From the NCBI GenBank assembly GCA_964016885.1, contig OZ024741.1, positions 283,154,001-283,218,000 on the forward strand: 64,000 nucleotides of DNA, in the 5' to 3' direction. Positions 25,020 through 37,842 of the stretch are shown piece by piece. A model generated the notes under the pieces. It saw nothing but the letters and a program-made list of their open reading frames with translations. It had not been told where the DNA came from and did no database searches. The stretch is from Eledone cirrhosa. Lineage: Eukaryota. A program made the position numbers and the translations under genes. Numbering within the stretch: position 1 is the stretch's first letter; every line of letters starts with the position of its first letter.

Positions 25020-25595
25020 TGCGGTGGCCGGAAGCTGGGGAGTGCTCGACCAGAAGAGTGCTCGACCAGAAGAGTGCTTGACCGGAAGGGTGCGCAACCG
25101 GAAGGGCCAGCAGATCCGTCTCTCTCTAGTGGTGACCAGGAACGGTGTGGACGCATGATGGAAGCGTTCGCAGAGGGACCGTTAGCCGCTTTTGCTAAGC
25201 TGCCAAGAATTAGATGGAACGGTGAACGCGTTGACATTTTCACAGCGGAATACGGCGATTGGCCATGTTGGCTGGATATCAGGTGGAATGCGAACGCACG
25301 GTGCGGTTGGCGTTCATAAATGAATTTCCAGACGACATAGCGGTGAAACTGCAGCAAGTCCCGGGTTACAAAGAAATGGAGATGTGTTAACTGGTGGAAC
25401 AAGCCCGGATCATAGCAGAAGATGCCAAGAAGAGTGTCGCGGCGATAGCAACTACAGAGGCTCAAGACAGCTGGCAGCGAAATGGTGAAACGGAGGCAAC
25501 AACGGCACGCGGTCGCCCGCGAACGTTTAGAGGTCGCTGTTTTAGGTGCCAGGGCCCGCACATGGCAAGAGACTGTAGAGAGTCAAGGCCGGAAC
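25020..25595 (+). mobile_element. Ty3/Gypsy LTR retrotransposon gag relic
   Basis: EAFAEGPLAAF..L....W.GE.VD, LAFINEFPD.I...LQQVP, CCHC-type knuckle [13 protein letters not shown]; TGGTGACC at about 25130 resembles a tRNA-Trp primer site; 16-bp tandem repeats upstream. Confidence 0.75.
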
Positions 25596-25985
25596 TGACA
25601 ACCATGTTCAATGACTGCTTGATGTCGGGTGAGGTACCAGAGTGGTTGACAAAAGGTACCACAGTTCTGGTAATGAAAGACCGAATCAAGGGTAATGATG
25701 TTACCAACTATAGACCTATCACATGTCTGTCCATAATGTGAAAACTGTTAACAAGCATTGTGTCTGAGCAAATCTACCATCACCTCCTCATAAACAACTT
25801 GTTACCGGACGAACAGAAAGGATACCGAAAGAAGTCCCGTGGTACAAAAGACAAGTTACTTATTGATAAGATGGTAATGAGGAATTGCAAGAGGAGACAC
25901 ACTGGTCTTGCCATGGGATGGATAGATTACAAAAAGGCATTCGACATGGTACCTCGATCTTGGAATACCAAAAGCCTAGAGATCT
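25596..25985 (+). mobile_element. Dong/R4-type RT fragment
   Basis: [12 protein letters not shown]....[37 protein letters not shown]. Confidence 0.88.
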
Positions 25986-28900
25986 TCATCTGCGACAGAT
26001 GACCATTCACCCTCACAATCGAGCAGATGTCATTATGCATCGCAGTGATCCAGCCCCAGAAAACGGGCCTGAAGCCAGCTGCCTCGAGGATCACAGCCAG
26101 GTACCAATGGTCGACCCTATCAAATGCTTTAGATTGATCCAAGTTGATCAGGGCCCCACCTGTACCAGGTTCCTTAACCACCCTCTCTATGATGTATCGC
26201 ATGAGATGGAGGTTGTCGTGGATGGATCTGACCGGAATGGCGCATGTATGCGCCTCTCCCACCAGATCACCGACGACAAGCGCCAATCTCTTTGCTAACA
26301 CCTTGGCCAAAATCTTAAACTCTGCGTTTAGCAGAGTTATGGGCCTGAAGTTGTCTATAATGTCCCTCTTGTTCAGGTCTTTTCTCAGCAGCGTCACCGC
26401 TTCCTGGCTCACAAAACTGGCAATGCTCCCGTTCTGCTGCCAGTTGCAGTAGACATCTGCCAAGAGGTCGCCGAACAAATCTGGCATATATGCATAAAGC
26501 TCATAGGGCAGACCATCCAAACTTGGCGATTTACCCCTCGTGCAGTCAGACATCGTTTCCTGTATTTCGCCTGCTGTTATCGGCTTTTCGCAGCACTGCG
26601 CTGCGTTTGTCGAGAGCCATGGCAGTCCGTCAAGGTATGCACCAAAGACCATACTCCGATCTGGCCCGCCACTGTTCCCGAACAATTGAGCAAAGTGCTG
26701 TTGAAAAGCCACACACATCTGCTCGGGTTCGAGCAACATGCGCCCGTTTTGATCAGGCAAAGACCGAATTGTGGACTTGCTGCAATGTTGCGCCTCCACC
26801 ACCCGGGCTCATTGAATGGCTTTTGTCCCGTCATGTCTTAGAGCACGCGCTCTAGCTCTGATAACACAGCCTTCATGCTTTGCATTGAAGAATTGGTTGT
26901 GTGCCAATCTCGCCGTAAGCACGTCGGTTGCGATACCTGTCCTAAACGCCTCTTCTAGCTTTCTAACTAACTCTCCCTCTACTCTATTTTCCTCTATCAG
27001 TACTCCTTTGCGAAACCTTATCGATTCTACTCTAATAGCCCTTTCCAGGGTAAACCACCACCTGTTGTTGACGATCGCACTCATCAACACACGCTTAACT
27101 AATTCGCTAATCCGGTCTCTGTAAGCTATGCGCGCCTGGAACGATGGGTTCAGCTTCCAGTAGCCGGGCCCTTGCCGATGGAGTCTATCTAAGTTAACTT
27201 CAGAGATCACAAATTTGTGGTCCGTATAGTCGACTACTTTAAATTGTGGACAACCTACACTAGCATTATCTGTTTCCCTACAGAATACCCTATCTAAATA
27301 CGATCTGGATGACCCGATGCGGTTTGCCTATATCCACATTGGCACATTCGGATAATCCAGTCGATACCTGTCAGACAGTTCAAAACGTCTGAGCAGGTTG
27401 TTGAGGCTTTTACACCCTCCTGCCCTGTCAACTATCCCCACATAATCCCAGCGTGCATCTAAGATACCGTTCCAGTCGCCCACTAACACTAAAGAGCGGG
27501 ACGTTCCAAGAAAGGTCTCTAGACGTCTGAAGAAATCTGGCCGTCCTGCCCCTGTTGGGGTGTAGACGGCTACTAGCCTGAAAGCATTGCCTTTGCTGCC
27601 TGTCACGTCCAGCACCACCGACTTACCTTCTGGGTCCAAGAAGATGGCCCGTATGGCGAGATACAAGCCTCTCCGAAAAAGCACAGCAACACCTCCCCTG
27701 ATCCTGGACGGCTGGGAGATGCATATACATCGTAGCCGCCGAAGATCAGTGCGAAGGCTCGTGATTCAGAGATTCTGGTCTCGCTGATGGCCACCACATC
27801 TATGTTTAGTTAGTGACCTGAGGTTGTTGAGCAGGTGACCCTGCTTCCAAGATGACCCCAGGCGGCCACGTACATTTATACTGTCTGTTCTAAGTACGGC
27901 CATGTTGGATGAGAAACGGAGTAAGTGAGAAAGGATCACTTACCTTGATTGTGTGGTGAAGGGGCAGTAGAACAGTCCATTTGGCTGGTCATGGGTGTTT
28001 CCAAGAGGATGTCGGTGTATATCCTCTTGGTAACCGACCCTCTGAAGTCTCCAATTGCACTGGGGAATTTTTCTTTTAACAGTTTGTAATGTTCTATTTT
28101 GATTTCAATTATGTTTATGTTTTTCGGGAGAGTTCTTGGTGTTGATGGGGTGTAGTAGTTTTTTCTGTGATGCCTGTGTGCTGCTTTATATGTCGTAAGA
28201 GTTCTTTATTTGCCATATTTACGGCTGTGTTCTTTTTGAGGGGAGGGGTCATTTTGTTACTGTCTTCTTGTTGTTGCTGTTGGGTGTGTGTGTGTTTTGT
28301 TGTGTTTGCGATGCTGGTGTTTTTGGTGATGCTGGTGGTGGTGTGGTTGTTGTTGGTGGTGATAGTGATGGTGGTGGGGTTTCTGCAAGTCTCCTTGCAG
28401 CTTTTACCCCTCTTTGTCTGGCTTCGCTTTTGGAGGGTGAAGCTAAGGGGGTTTTTCCTTTTTTGTTTTTTGTGGCAGACCATTGCCACTTCCCTCCCAA
28501 CTCATACTCCATGTCGGATTCTATGGCGTCTGGGAGGGGTTTGAGCTCCACTGCTGTTGGTGGTGGTAGTGGAGCCCGCTCCGGCGATTTTGCCGCCGGT
28601 GTAGCTACTGCGACTGTTGGTGTTGCTGCCACTGCTGCCGCTACTTTAGTTGTCCGTAGCCTTGGTATGGGTGCCATGGACGTTGCCCTCCTACTCACCA
28701 TGGAAGAGTCTTCTGCCTCTGTTGCCTGCCCTGCTCTTGGTAGCAGCGGATCAGGCGTCGGAAGGAGGGGAGCTCTCTTCTTGGCTGTCTTCTGCGGACA
28801 GATGGCCCTGAGGTGACCCTTCTGCCCACAGAGATAGCACTTTGGGCGCCTTCCTTCCACGCTTATAGGGAGCTGGAGCCCTTCTTCGAGGTCTATGATG

Positions 28901-30082
28901 ACTGGGATGGCCTCGATGCACTCCTGGTCAGTCTGTATTAGCATTTGCATGCCTATTCCTGACCAGTTCTCTCTTCCCATTTTCTGTATTTGGAGTATGG
29001 CGGTCTTCTCCTCGATTCCAGCCAGTATAGACGTGGCCAGCCAAGGTATAAGCATGTCGGGCAGGACCTGGGTCACTTTGACCCTCACAATTTTCTACCC
29101 GCAGTAGGAGGGCACCAAGACTATCTCCTCACTCTTTAGGGATTCCAAAGAGTGAGACTTCGCCTCTTGGTGGGTGGCGAAAACTACATCTACTGTGGCG
29201 TACTTTTTGCCACAGGTGACATGGGTTTTGCACACCCAGGCGCACCCCAAGTCTTTTGGGATTTGAGCCTCTGTGGCTCTCTCCACCCGATGTGACATTT
29301 TGCATGGTAAGTCACCGTGCGCAGCTGCTGGTCTTTGAAGAAATCAGGTGGAGGTTTCAGGGAAACTCTATTGTCGTTTCTCGACACCATGGCTCTTGCG
29401 ACTGCCATCTCCTCCTCAGTGACTAGCACTGTCTCTATATTTCGGGCCACACCTGCGAAAGAAGTGGCTCCTTTTTCAGCAGCACCATTATTGCTGCCGC
29501 TACTGCTCTTGTTGTTGGTGCTGTTGCTACTGCTACAAACGGTGTTGTTGGTGTTGTTGCTGTTATCACTGTTGTAGTTGGTTGTGTTTTTGGTGCTACC
29601 GTTGTTTTTTTGGGTGCAATTTGTATTGTTGCTGTTGTCGTTGTTTATTTTCTTGTTAGTGGTGTTAATATCATTGTTGCATTTTTTGTCATTTTTTTTT
29701 GTTGTCTGTATTTTGGTTGATGCTGTTATTGTTATAGTTGGTGTGGTAATTTTTCCCAAATTAATGTTCTCAGTGTTGTTGTCTTTGTTCACGTTGTTTG
29801 TGGTGGTGTTTGTTGTATGAATTTCACTAACCCTCCTCTCAACTTTTACGCCGTTGCCACACAACAGCACACATATTGCTGGGGGGGGGGGCTCAGCCAT
29901 GTTTGTTTTTAAAGTAAAATGTTCAAATATTTGGGCCAAAGGGCCCAAATATTATACTTTCCCCTTCACAGGGCAGGCAAAGTCCAAGGGCTTATATCCC
30001 TTACACAACAAGAAATATTTAACAAATAATTTTAACAGGCAAATAAAGCGACTTACTGGGAGTGAGCAAAAGACGTCCGATT
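25986..30082 (-). mobile_element. Tx1/L1-type LINE with 5' end, ORF1 and ORF2 (APE endonuclease to RT), 3' truncated
   Basis: 5' tcggacgtcttttgctcactcc; ORF1 with VEGRRPKCYLCGQKGHLRAICP knuckle; APE motifs GDWN, YLDR, TDH, PGYWKLN; RT motifs DGLPYE, NFRPITLLN, LDQSKAFDRVDH; frameshifted. Confidence 0.92.
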
Positions 30083-30087
30083 AGACC

Positions 30088-30216
30088 AATAATAATAATT
30101 GTCTACTTTTGGCACAAGGCCAGCAATTACCCATTACATTACTGGTGCTTTATTTTATCGACCCCGTAAGGATGAAAGGCAAAGTTAACCTTGGCGGGAT
30201 TTGAACTCAGACTGTA
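30088..30216 (-). mobile_element. SINE family A, 5' truncated
   Basis: Reverse complement of core and B box. Confidence 0.85.
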
Positions 30217-30221
30217 ATTGC

Positions 30222-33200
30222 TTTCTTTATTAACCACAAGGGTTGACACAAAGTATAACATTAAGGACAACACAGGACAATACAGGATGGTACAAATCGG
30301 CATTTCTGCGGGTAAAAACAAAAACAGTGTATGTGACAAAAAAAGGAAAGAATGAAAAATTCCCCAATAGGGGGAGACCTCTGAGGGTTGTTCATGGAGA
30401 AAGCCCACGATAAAAGCCACAGTTACCCTGACCGCTAGGGCAAATGCCCTCTTCCAGTTTTCCTCCTACAATGCTACAGGCACACACTCAGGGTAGACCA
30501 ATTCACCCGGGCCATGATTGCCTCTCTCACCCAGCTTTCAACAAACTGGCTGGAGGTCAGCACTTCCCTCTCCACCCTGAATTTTCCTCTTCAGGTGAAA
30601 CCTGAAAAAGTTAATGAGGGCGTCACCGAAGAGGAAAGTACCCATCTTCAAACCTTTCAGACGTGTCCACCATACAATCTCTTTTACCATGGCCACCAGG
30701 CAGATAAAAACTTCCTGCCCTTCTCAGCTAAAGGAAGGCGGCTGGGCAATCTTCACGATGGACTCAGCTGATAGCCGGATCTGTTCTACATGTGACAGCA
30801 GGTGTTCGGCATAAACCCACAAGTCAGCAATGCTCGGACACTGGACGAGTGCGTGCAGGACGGTTTTATCGCCCTGCACGCATCTCGGACAGGACCGGCT
30901 GACGGCACTTCCATGCCTGTAGAGTTTATCCTGAACTGGCAAGGCTCCTCGGTAGCACAGCCAGGCCAGGGATTTCTGAAAGTTGTCCATGGGCCCCGAC
31001 CCGAAAGTTCTCCCGAAGAGATTGGCTAGTTGGTTTTTGTCGATGCCTAGAGTTTCCCCAAGGACATCGTTGCTCTTTCCCTCCACTAAACCTCTATAGA
31101 AAGCTATAGTTTCCTGTGATTGTATTGCTCGACTGGTTAAGGGCTGTAAGCGCCTGAAGACATTCCAGTCTCCAAGCGCTTCCTCTCGGTCTTCACTTGA
31201 CCCAGGACTGCAGCTCCGCCAAGGAGACAAGCTGAGGAAACATGTGTCTAGCAAAGGGCGACTGCACCTGATCACCGTGGAGGAAGAGGTGAAGATGTTG
31301 TAGCCTGAGCGTTTGTCTGTGCATCATCAGCCACGGCATGCCCAGCCCTCCGCGTAGCGGGTGTTGACAGCAGATGGACCACCTGACCATTGGAGCACGT
31401 CCCTTCCACAAAAAGCGAAAGAGCAAACGCTTTAGTGCAGTCAGGCGAGGCTTAGGACAAAGCACGACGGTCAGTAGATGACAGATGCGATGTATGCATT
31501 CGCCACCTCCACTCGACCTTTCAGGGATAGCTTCCTCTCGGCCCATTTCTGGGTGAGAGAAGCCACCTTGCACGTGACCTCCTCCTACTTTTTGTCCGTC
31601 TGGAGGTCTGGACCAAACCAGACCCCTAGCAATTTAACCGGTCCATCCGTCCAGTGCCCGACGATGCTGTTGGACGGAATGGACCTGCCTCTCCAGGTGC
31701 CGAGTTGCAGGCCTACTGATTTTTCCTGGTTGATCATTGCTCCTGTCACTACCTCATATTCTCTTAGTGTGGTGTCGATCACCTCGATGTGTTTTGCGTT
31801 CGACACCACTATGGTGATATCGTCTGCATATACTGACATGGTTCTTCCGCATCCTAGTTCACGCGGGATCCCCAACAACGTCTCCAGTTTGTGCAGTAAT
31901 GGCTCAAGAGTCAATACGTACAAGGATGAGAGAGGACATCCTTAGCGGATCGAGCGTTTGATGTTGAACATTTCCGAGAGGTGACCATTCCCTCTCACCG
32001 CAGAGCAGATGTCACTGTGCATGGCAGCGATCCAGCCTCTGAAGACAGGCCCAAAGCCAGCTGCTCTTAGGACTGCTGCCAGATAACTATGGTCAACCCT
32101 ATCGAAAGCTTTTGACTGATCTAAATTTATCAAAGAACCACCCATGCCAGGTTCCCTAGCTACCCTCTCTATGATGTATCGCATGAGGTGGAGGTTGTCG
32201 TGGATGGATCTGTCTGGAATGGCGCATGTTTGTGCCTCTTACACCAGACCACCAACGACAAGCACCAACCTCTTTGCTAGCACCTTAGCCAAAATTTTGA
32301 AGTCTGTGTTTAGCAGAGTTATGGGCCTGAAATTTTCTATGTTATCCCCCTTGTTCGAATCCTTTCTCAGCAGCGCCACCGCTTCTCAGCTCACAGAGCT
32401 GGGAATTCTTCCGTCCTGCTGCCAGTTGCAGTAGACGTTCGCCAAGAGGTCTTCGAACAAGTCAGGCATATGTATGTAAAATTCATAGGGCAGACCATCC
32501 AAACTAGGCGATTTACCCATTGTGCAGCTAGTCATTACCTCCCGTACTTCAGCAGCTGTTATCGGCCTTTCGCAACACTCCGCCTCAGTGGCCGAGAGCC
32601 ATGGCAGTCCGTCGCGGTAGGCACTGAAGTCCATTCCATGATGTGGCCCGCCACTGCCCCCAAACAGCTGAGCAAAGTGCTGCTGAAAAGCTGCACACAT
32701 CTGCCCGGGATTGAGTATCATTTGCTCATCGTGGTTTGCCAAAGACCAGATCATGGCTTTGTTGCCACAATGCGCCTCCGCTACCCGGGCCCATTGAACG
32801 GCTTTCGTCCCCTCATGTCTGAGAGCACGCACCCTAGCACTGACAATGCAGCCTTCGTGCTTAGCGTTGAAAAATTGGTCGAGAGCCAATTTCACCGCAA
32901 GCATGTCGGTCGCGATGCCTTTATTAAGTGCCTCATCTAATTTGCTAACTAAATTTCCTTCTGCTCTATTTTTCTCTGTTACTAACGCTTTACTAAACCT
33001 AATGGACTCTATTCTAATTGCTCTTTTCAGGGCAAACCACCATTTGTTGTTGATGATGGCCCCTGTCAACGCTCACTTAACTAATTCGATAATCCGGTCT
33101 CTGTAAGCTTTGAGCGTTGTTAATGACCAGTTTAGTTTCCAGTAGCTGGGTCTCTGTCTATGAAGCCTATCTAAGTCAACCACACAGATCACGAATTTGT

Positions 33201-33735
33201 GGTCCGTGTAGCCGACTATCTTGAATTGTGGACAGCCTATGCTAGACCTATCTATTTCCCTACAAAATACCCTATCTAGATATGATCTGGATGACCCGAT
33301 GCGGTTTGTCCAAGTTCACATTGGCACATTCAGGAAATCCATCTGGTACCTGTCAGACAGTTGAAAACGTCTGAGCAAGTTTGTGAGGCTTTTACACACT
33401 CCTCTGCTAATCCCACACAGTCCCAGCGTGCATCTAAGATCCCGTTCCAGTCGCCCACTAACACTAAAGGTCTCCAGACACTGGAAGAATTCAGGCCGTC
33501 CTGCTCTTGTTGGGGCATAGATGGCCACTAGCCTGAAAGCTCGTCCTTCGCCGCTGGTCACATCCAGCACCACCAACTTACCTTCTGGGTCCAAGAAGTC
33601 GGCTCATAACTCGAGATCCGAGTCCCCCCCCCCCCAATCCAGGACAGCTTGGAGATGTGTACACCTCCTAGTCGCCGAAAATGGGTGCGAATGCCCATGC
33701 CTCAGAGATTCTGGTCTTGCTGATGGCCACCACAA
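30222..33735 (-). mobile_element. Tx1/L1-type LINE: nearly all of ORF2 plus 3' UTR, pseudogenised
   Basis: APE, RT (YADD at about 31820), zf-RVT and 3' UTR ending ggttaataaagaaag. Confidence 0.92.
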
Positions 33736-33754
33736 ATAGTAATAAATAATAATA

Positions 33755-33925
33755 ATAAGGAAATTGACACTGAAGAGGGATACAAATATTTGGGTATTCT
33801 GGAGGCAGATGACATCAAGAACAATAAAATGAAGGAATTGATAAGATATTCATTTGAACAAACTTTCCAGTTGAATAACATCAATGACTGAGACTCAAGG
33901 AATAATAATGATAGTAATAATAATT
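33755..33925 (+). mobile_element. Internally deleted Dong/R4 fragment
   Basis: KEIDTEEGYKYLGILEADDI joined directly to the 3' terminus (aacatcaatgactgagactcaa + (AAT)n) also seen at 35660-35730. Confidence 0.8.
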
Positions 33926-34776
33926 CTTTCTTTATTAACCACAAGGGTTGACACAAATTAAAACATTAAGGACAATACAGGACAATACAGGGTGGTACAA
34001 ATCGGCATTTCTGCGTGTAAAAAAAACAAAAACAGAGGATGTAACAAAAAAAAAAACGATGAAAGATTCCCCAATAGGGGGGAGACTTCCGAGGGACATT
34101 CATGGAGAAAGCCCATTAAAAAAGCCACAGTAACCCGGACCACCAGGGCAAGTGCCCTCTCCCAGTTTTCCACCTTCAATTTACAGGCTCATACACAGAG
34201 TAGGCCCATTCACCCGGGCCATGATTGCCTCTCTCACCCATCTTTCAACAAAATACTGGGAAGAGAGTACTTCCCTCTCTACCCTGATATTCCTTTTTAA
34301 ATGAAATTTGAAAAAGTTAATCAGGGCATCACCAAAGAGGTAAGTGCTCGTCTTCAGCCCTTTCAGACTCATCCACCACACTATCTCTTTCGTCATGGCC
34401 ACCAGACAGATAAAAACTGCCTGCCCTTCCCAGCTAAAGGAAGAGGGTGGGGCAATCCTCACGATGGATTCAGCTGATAGCCGGATCCGTCCTACACGCG
34501 ACAGCAGGTGTTTGACATAAACCCACAAGTCAGCAATGCTCGGACACTGGACGAGTGCATGCAGGACGGTTTCATCGCCCTGCACGCATCTCGGACAGGA
34601 CCGGCTGATGGCACTTCCATGCCTGTAGAGTTTATCCCAAACTGGCAAGGCTCCTCGGTAGCACTGCCAGGCCAGAGATTTCTGGAAGTTGTCCATGGGC
34701 CCCGGCCCGAAAGTTCTCCCGAAGAGATTGGCTAGTTGATTTTCGGTGACACCCAGAATCTCCCCAAGGACGTCTC
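33925..34776 (-). mobile_element. Tx1-type LINE 3' end (zf-RVT + 3' UTR)
   Basis: ORF 34181-34696; 3' UTR matches 30222-30480. Confidence 0.92.
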
Positions 34777-34797
34777 ATAATAATAATAATAATAATA

Positions 34798-34980
34798 ATA
34801 ATTGTTTCTACCTTAGGCACAAGGCCAGAAATTATCCAGTGTATTACTGGTACTTTATTTTATCGCCCCCGTAAGGATGAAAGGCAAAGTCAACCTCGGC
34901 GGGATTTGAACTCAGAATGGCAAGGGCCGTAACTCTATGCGTCAAAGCATGGTGTCCGACCCTCTACCGATACTGCCAAT
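34798..34980 (-). mobile_element. SINE family A
   Basis: Full reverse-complement copy. Confidence 0.9.
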
Positions 34981-34984
34981 TCAT

Positions 34985-35730
34985 AATGCTGCGCAAGAGC
35001 AAACCCTCAGAACAATGTGGGTGAAACACCATATTTACAAGGAGGAGGCTAGCTCACTGTGTGGGATCTGTGGAGAGAGAGGGTAGACTGTGGCTCACAT
35101 TGTATATGAGTGTAAACACCTAGCCCAGACTCACTATAAAGGCTGGAAACATGATATGATAGGAAAGGTGATTCACTGGCATCTATGCAAACTAAACAAT
35201 TTACCACATTCTGAGAAGAGGTATGAGCATAAGCCAAAGTCGGTGATAGAAAACGATCAAGTGAAGGTGCTATGGGATTTTAGGATACAGACGGACAAGA
35301 AATTAGAACACAATAGGCCTGACCTGGTGGTTTTTGACAAGGAAAAAAGATCGTACCTGATTGTAGATGTAGCATGCCCATTTGACACAAGAGTGCAAGA
35401 AAAAGAGAGGGAGAAAATTAACCGATACCAGGTTTTAAAGTGGGAATTAAAAAGGATTTGGAACTGCCATGAGACCAAGGTCATCCCGGTTGTCATAGGA
35501 GCACTAGGTACTATCTCAAGGAGTTTCCAAGGATGGTTAAAGAAGATTAGTCCAGTCCAGCCCCGATTTTTGGAACACTTCAAAAGGCATGCTTGCTGGG
35601 AACAGCAAGAACCTTCCAATACGTCCTGAATCTCTGAGGCTGCAGGTAGTGGCTTGATATTCATTTCAACAAACTTTCCAGTTAAATAACATCAATGACT
35701 GAGACTCAAAGAATAATAATTATAATAATA
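34985..35730 (+). mobile_element. Dong/R4-type 3' end (CCHC + RLE endonuclease)
   Basis: AQEQ.LRT, C..C....TVAHIV.EC, VLWDFRIQTD....NRPD, DVACPFD, KE.EK...Y; (AAT)n tail. Confidence 0.92.
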
Positions 35731-35912
35731 ATAATTGTTTCTACTTTTGGCACAAAGCCAGCAATTATCCCAGTGCATTACGGGTTCTTTATTTTATCGA
35801 CCCCGTAAAGATGAAAGGCAAAGTTAACCTCGGCAGAATTTGAACTCAGATCGTAAAGGGCAGTAACTCTATGCTGCAAAGCATGGCGTCCGACCCTCTT
35901 CCGATTCTGCAA
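35730..35912 (-). mobile_element. SINE family A
   Basis: Reverse-complement copy between (AAT)n tracts. Confidence 0.9.
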
Positions 35913-36005
35913 TAATAATAATAATAATAATAATAAATGATAATTAATTAGCATGATCATAAACTTTGCCTTTCATCCTTACGGGTTTGATAAAATAAAG
36001 CACCA

Positions 36006-36126
36006 GTTGGCCTCTTTTACTTAGCAAGAAAATATGTAAAACTAATAGTTGGATAGTCTTAAGTTCTTTGACAAAGTAACAAATGGACCACAATCATCAT
36101 CATCATCATCATCATTTTCCCGTAAA

Positions 36127-36159
<33 letters not shown>

Positions 36160-36233
36160 GTAGTCCATTTGTTACTTTGTCAAAGCACTTAAGACTATTT
36201 AACATATTTTCTTGCTAAGTAAGAGAGGCCAAC
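36006..36233. repeat. Inverted duplication centred on (ATC)n/(GAT)n
   Basis: gttggcctct...aaatggaccacaatcatc / gatgattgtagtccattt...agaggccaac. Confidence 0.9.
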
Positions 36234-36310
36234 ATTTTAACAATTCAATCATTGAAGCTTCTAAACTAAGGCTTGCCACAACTGAATACTAAACAACAAA
36301 TTAAGAATTA

Positions 36311-36530
36311 ATTGGCAGTATCGGTAGAGGGTCGGACGCCATGCTTTCCAGCATAGTTACGTCCCTTTACGATGTGAGTTCAAATCCTGCCGAGGTTGAC
36401 TTTGTCTTTCATCCTTACGGGGTCGATAAAATAAAGTACCAGTAATGTACTGGTTAATTGCTGGCCTTGTGCCTAAAATAGAAACAATTATTTATGATAA
36501 TTGTTTCTACTTTTGGCACAAGGCCAGCAA
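36311..36530 (+). mobile_element. SINE family A with an inverted second tail (tail-to-tail)
   Basis: Full copy 36311-36492, inverted 3' end 36497-36530. Confidence 0.88.
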
Positions 36531-37202
36531 TAAAATATTGCAGTCAAAGCAATCTAAAAATTCAGTCATCACCAGTTCTATACTGTTTCTCTGTCAAAGG
36601 CACCTCATTCTCAATGGCCTTGTTACAAAATGATGTTTCATAGGGAGTAGGGTCCACTAGTGTAGATGGGTAGGAATGTGTTTTTTAGCCTATCAAAGTC
36701 ATAGCAAATGGAACAAAGTCTGGGCAAAGTTAATTAGCGATATAATAAAAGTGTACATTGAAATTATATTTAACTTTTAACATACTGTAATGATTTAGTA
36801 GAAAATATCTAAAATTAGATTTGTTAATTCAAATGTGTATAGTATCTTTTACTCATGGACAGATTGTTGTGAAAATTTGCAGTATTATCTCTTAATACCT
36901 TGTAATTATTTTGTAGAACATATCTGAAAACGGTTTTGTTATTTCAAATGTTTATAGTAGCTTTACTGGTGGACAAGCTGTTGGGAATTTTTGAAGTAAA
37001 CTAAAGATTTCAGTTTTTAACGTGCTATACTTTTTAATGTTTTGCTAATACAGATTCATGTAGTACAAGATGTTAAAAGTTATTCAAGGTTTTTCCAAAT
37101 GACCCAGACTCACCCTATCCAATAACTGCTAGAATAGATTCCTAGTGTAAATAAATACAAAACAAATAAATATGCATTTTACAAATATATTTGATTTTAT
37201 AG

Positions 37203-37299
37203 AGTTCCAATAATTGGCACAGTGTGAAGGTAGTGAAGAATGGAAACAGAATAAGCGTGGACTTGGATAATGTTAATGTAAAAACTATAGAATCTCCTG
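37203..37299 (+). CDS. Pif/LamG3-like gene, exon 6: LamG domain middle
   Basis: Acceptor tgattttatag, donor G|gtaagt; 97 nt, phase 0-1; SSNNWHSVKVVKNGNRISVDLDNVNVKTIESP (LamG WHxV...G..l.vD strand pair). Not in ORF track. Confidence 0.88.
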
Positions 37300-37842
37300 G
37301 TAAGTCTAAGAATTGATATACAGAAAATCTTTCTCACTTTACACACACACACACTAACTTTCCATCTCAAAACAAGAAAAAAGAATGAAAATAAATTAAA
37401 AGCACAAACAAAAGTAGTTAACCCAAGAATCTGGGCTCTCTAAGCTCCCCCACCCCAACCTCCAGGCACCAAAGGTGGGCTGGGGGAATGCATTCTGCTT
37501 GCATAAGTTTGGTACTCTATTGTTTACTCCAATGTGTGAGGTGCCTGACATATGATCCTTATTGTGGTATTAGCACTAAGGAAGTTGTGTCCTTTACACA
37601 ACTCAAAAGTCATCTCAACCATTTGTTTGGCAGGTTTTCTACAGCTGGATGCCCTTCGTATCACCAACCACTTTACAGAGTGTACTAGGTGCATTTATTG
37701 TGTAGATCACTGTGGCTAGGAGGTTATCATATCTGTGACACAACTGATGAGTTCTCCCAGCCCTTTGTTTAGCAGGCTTTCTACGGCTGGATACCCTTCC
37801 TATCACCAATCACTTTAAAAAGTGTATTGGTTACAGAATGTA

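Noticed and set aside
28167-29820. Hydrophobic L/V-rich plus-strand ORFs resembling membrane proteins (also 24588-25081, 16117-16314)
   Set aside because: Antisense readings of low-complexity Tx1 ORF1 or of microsatellites
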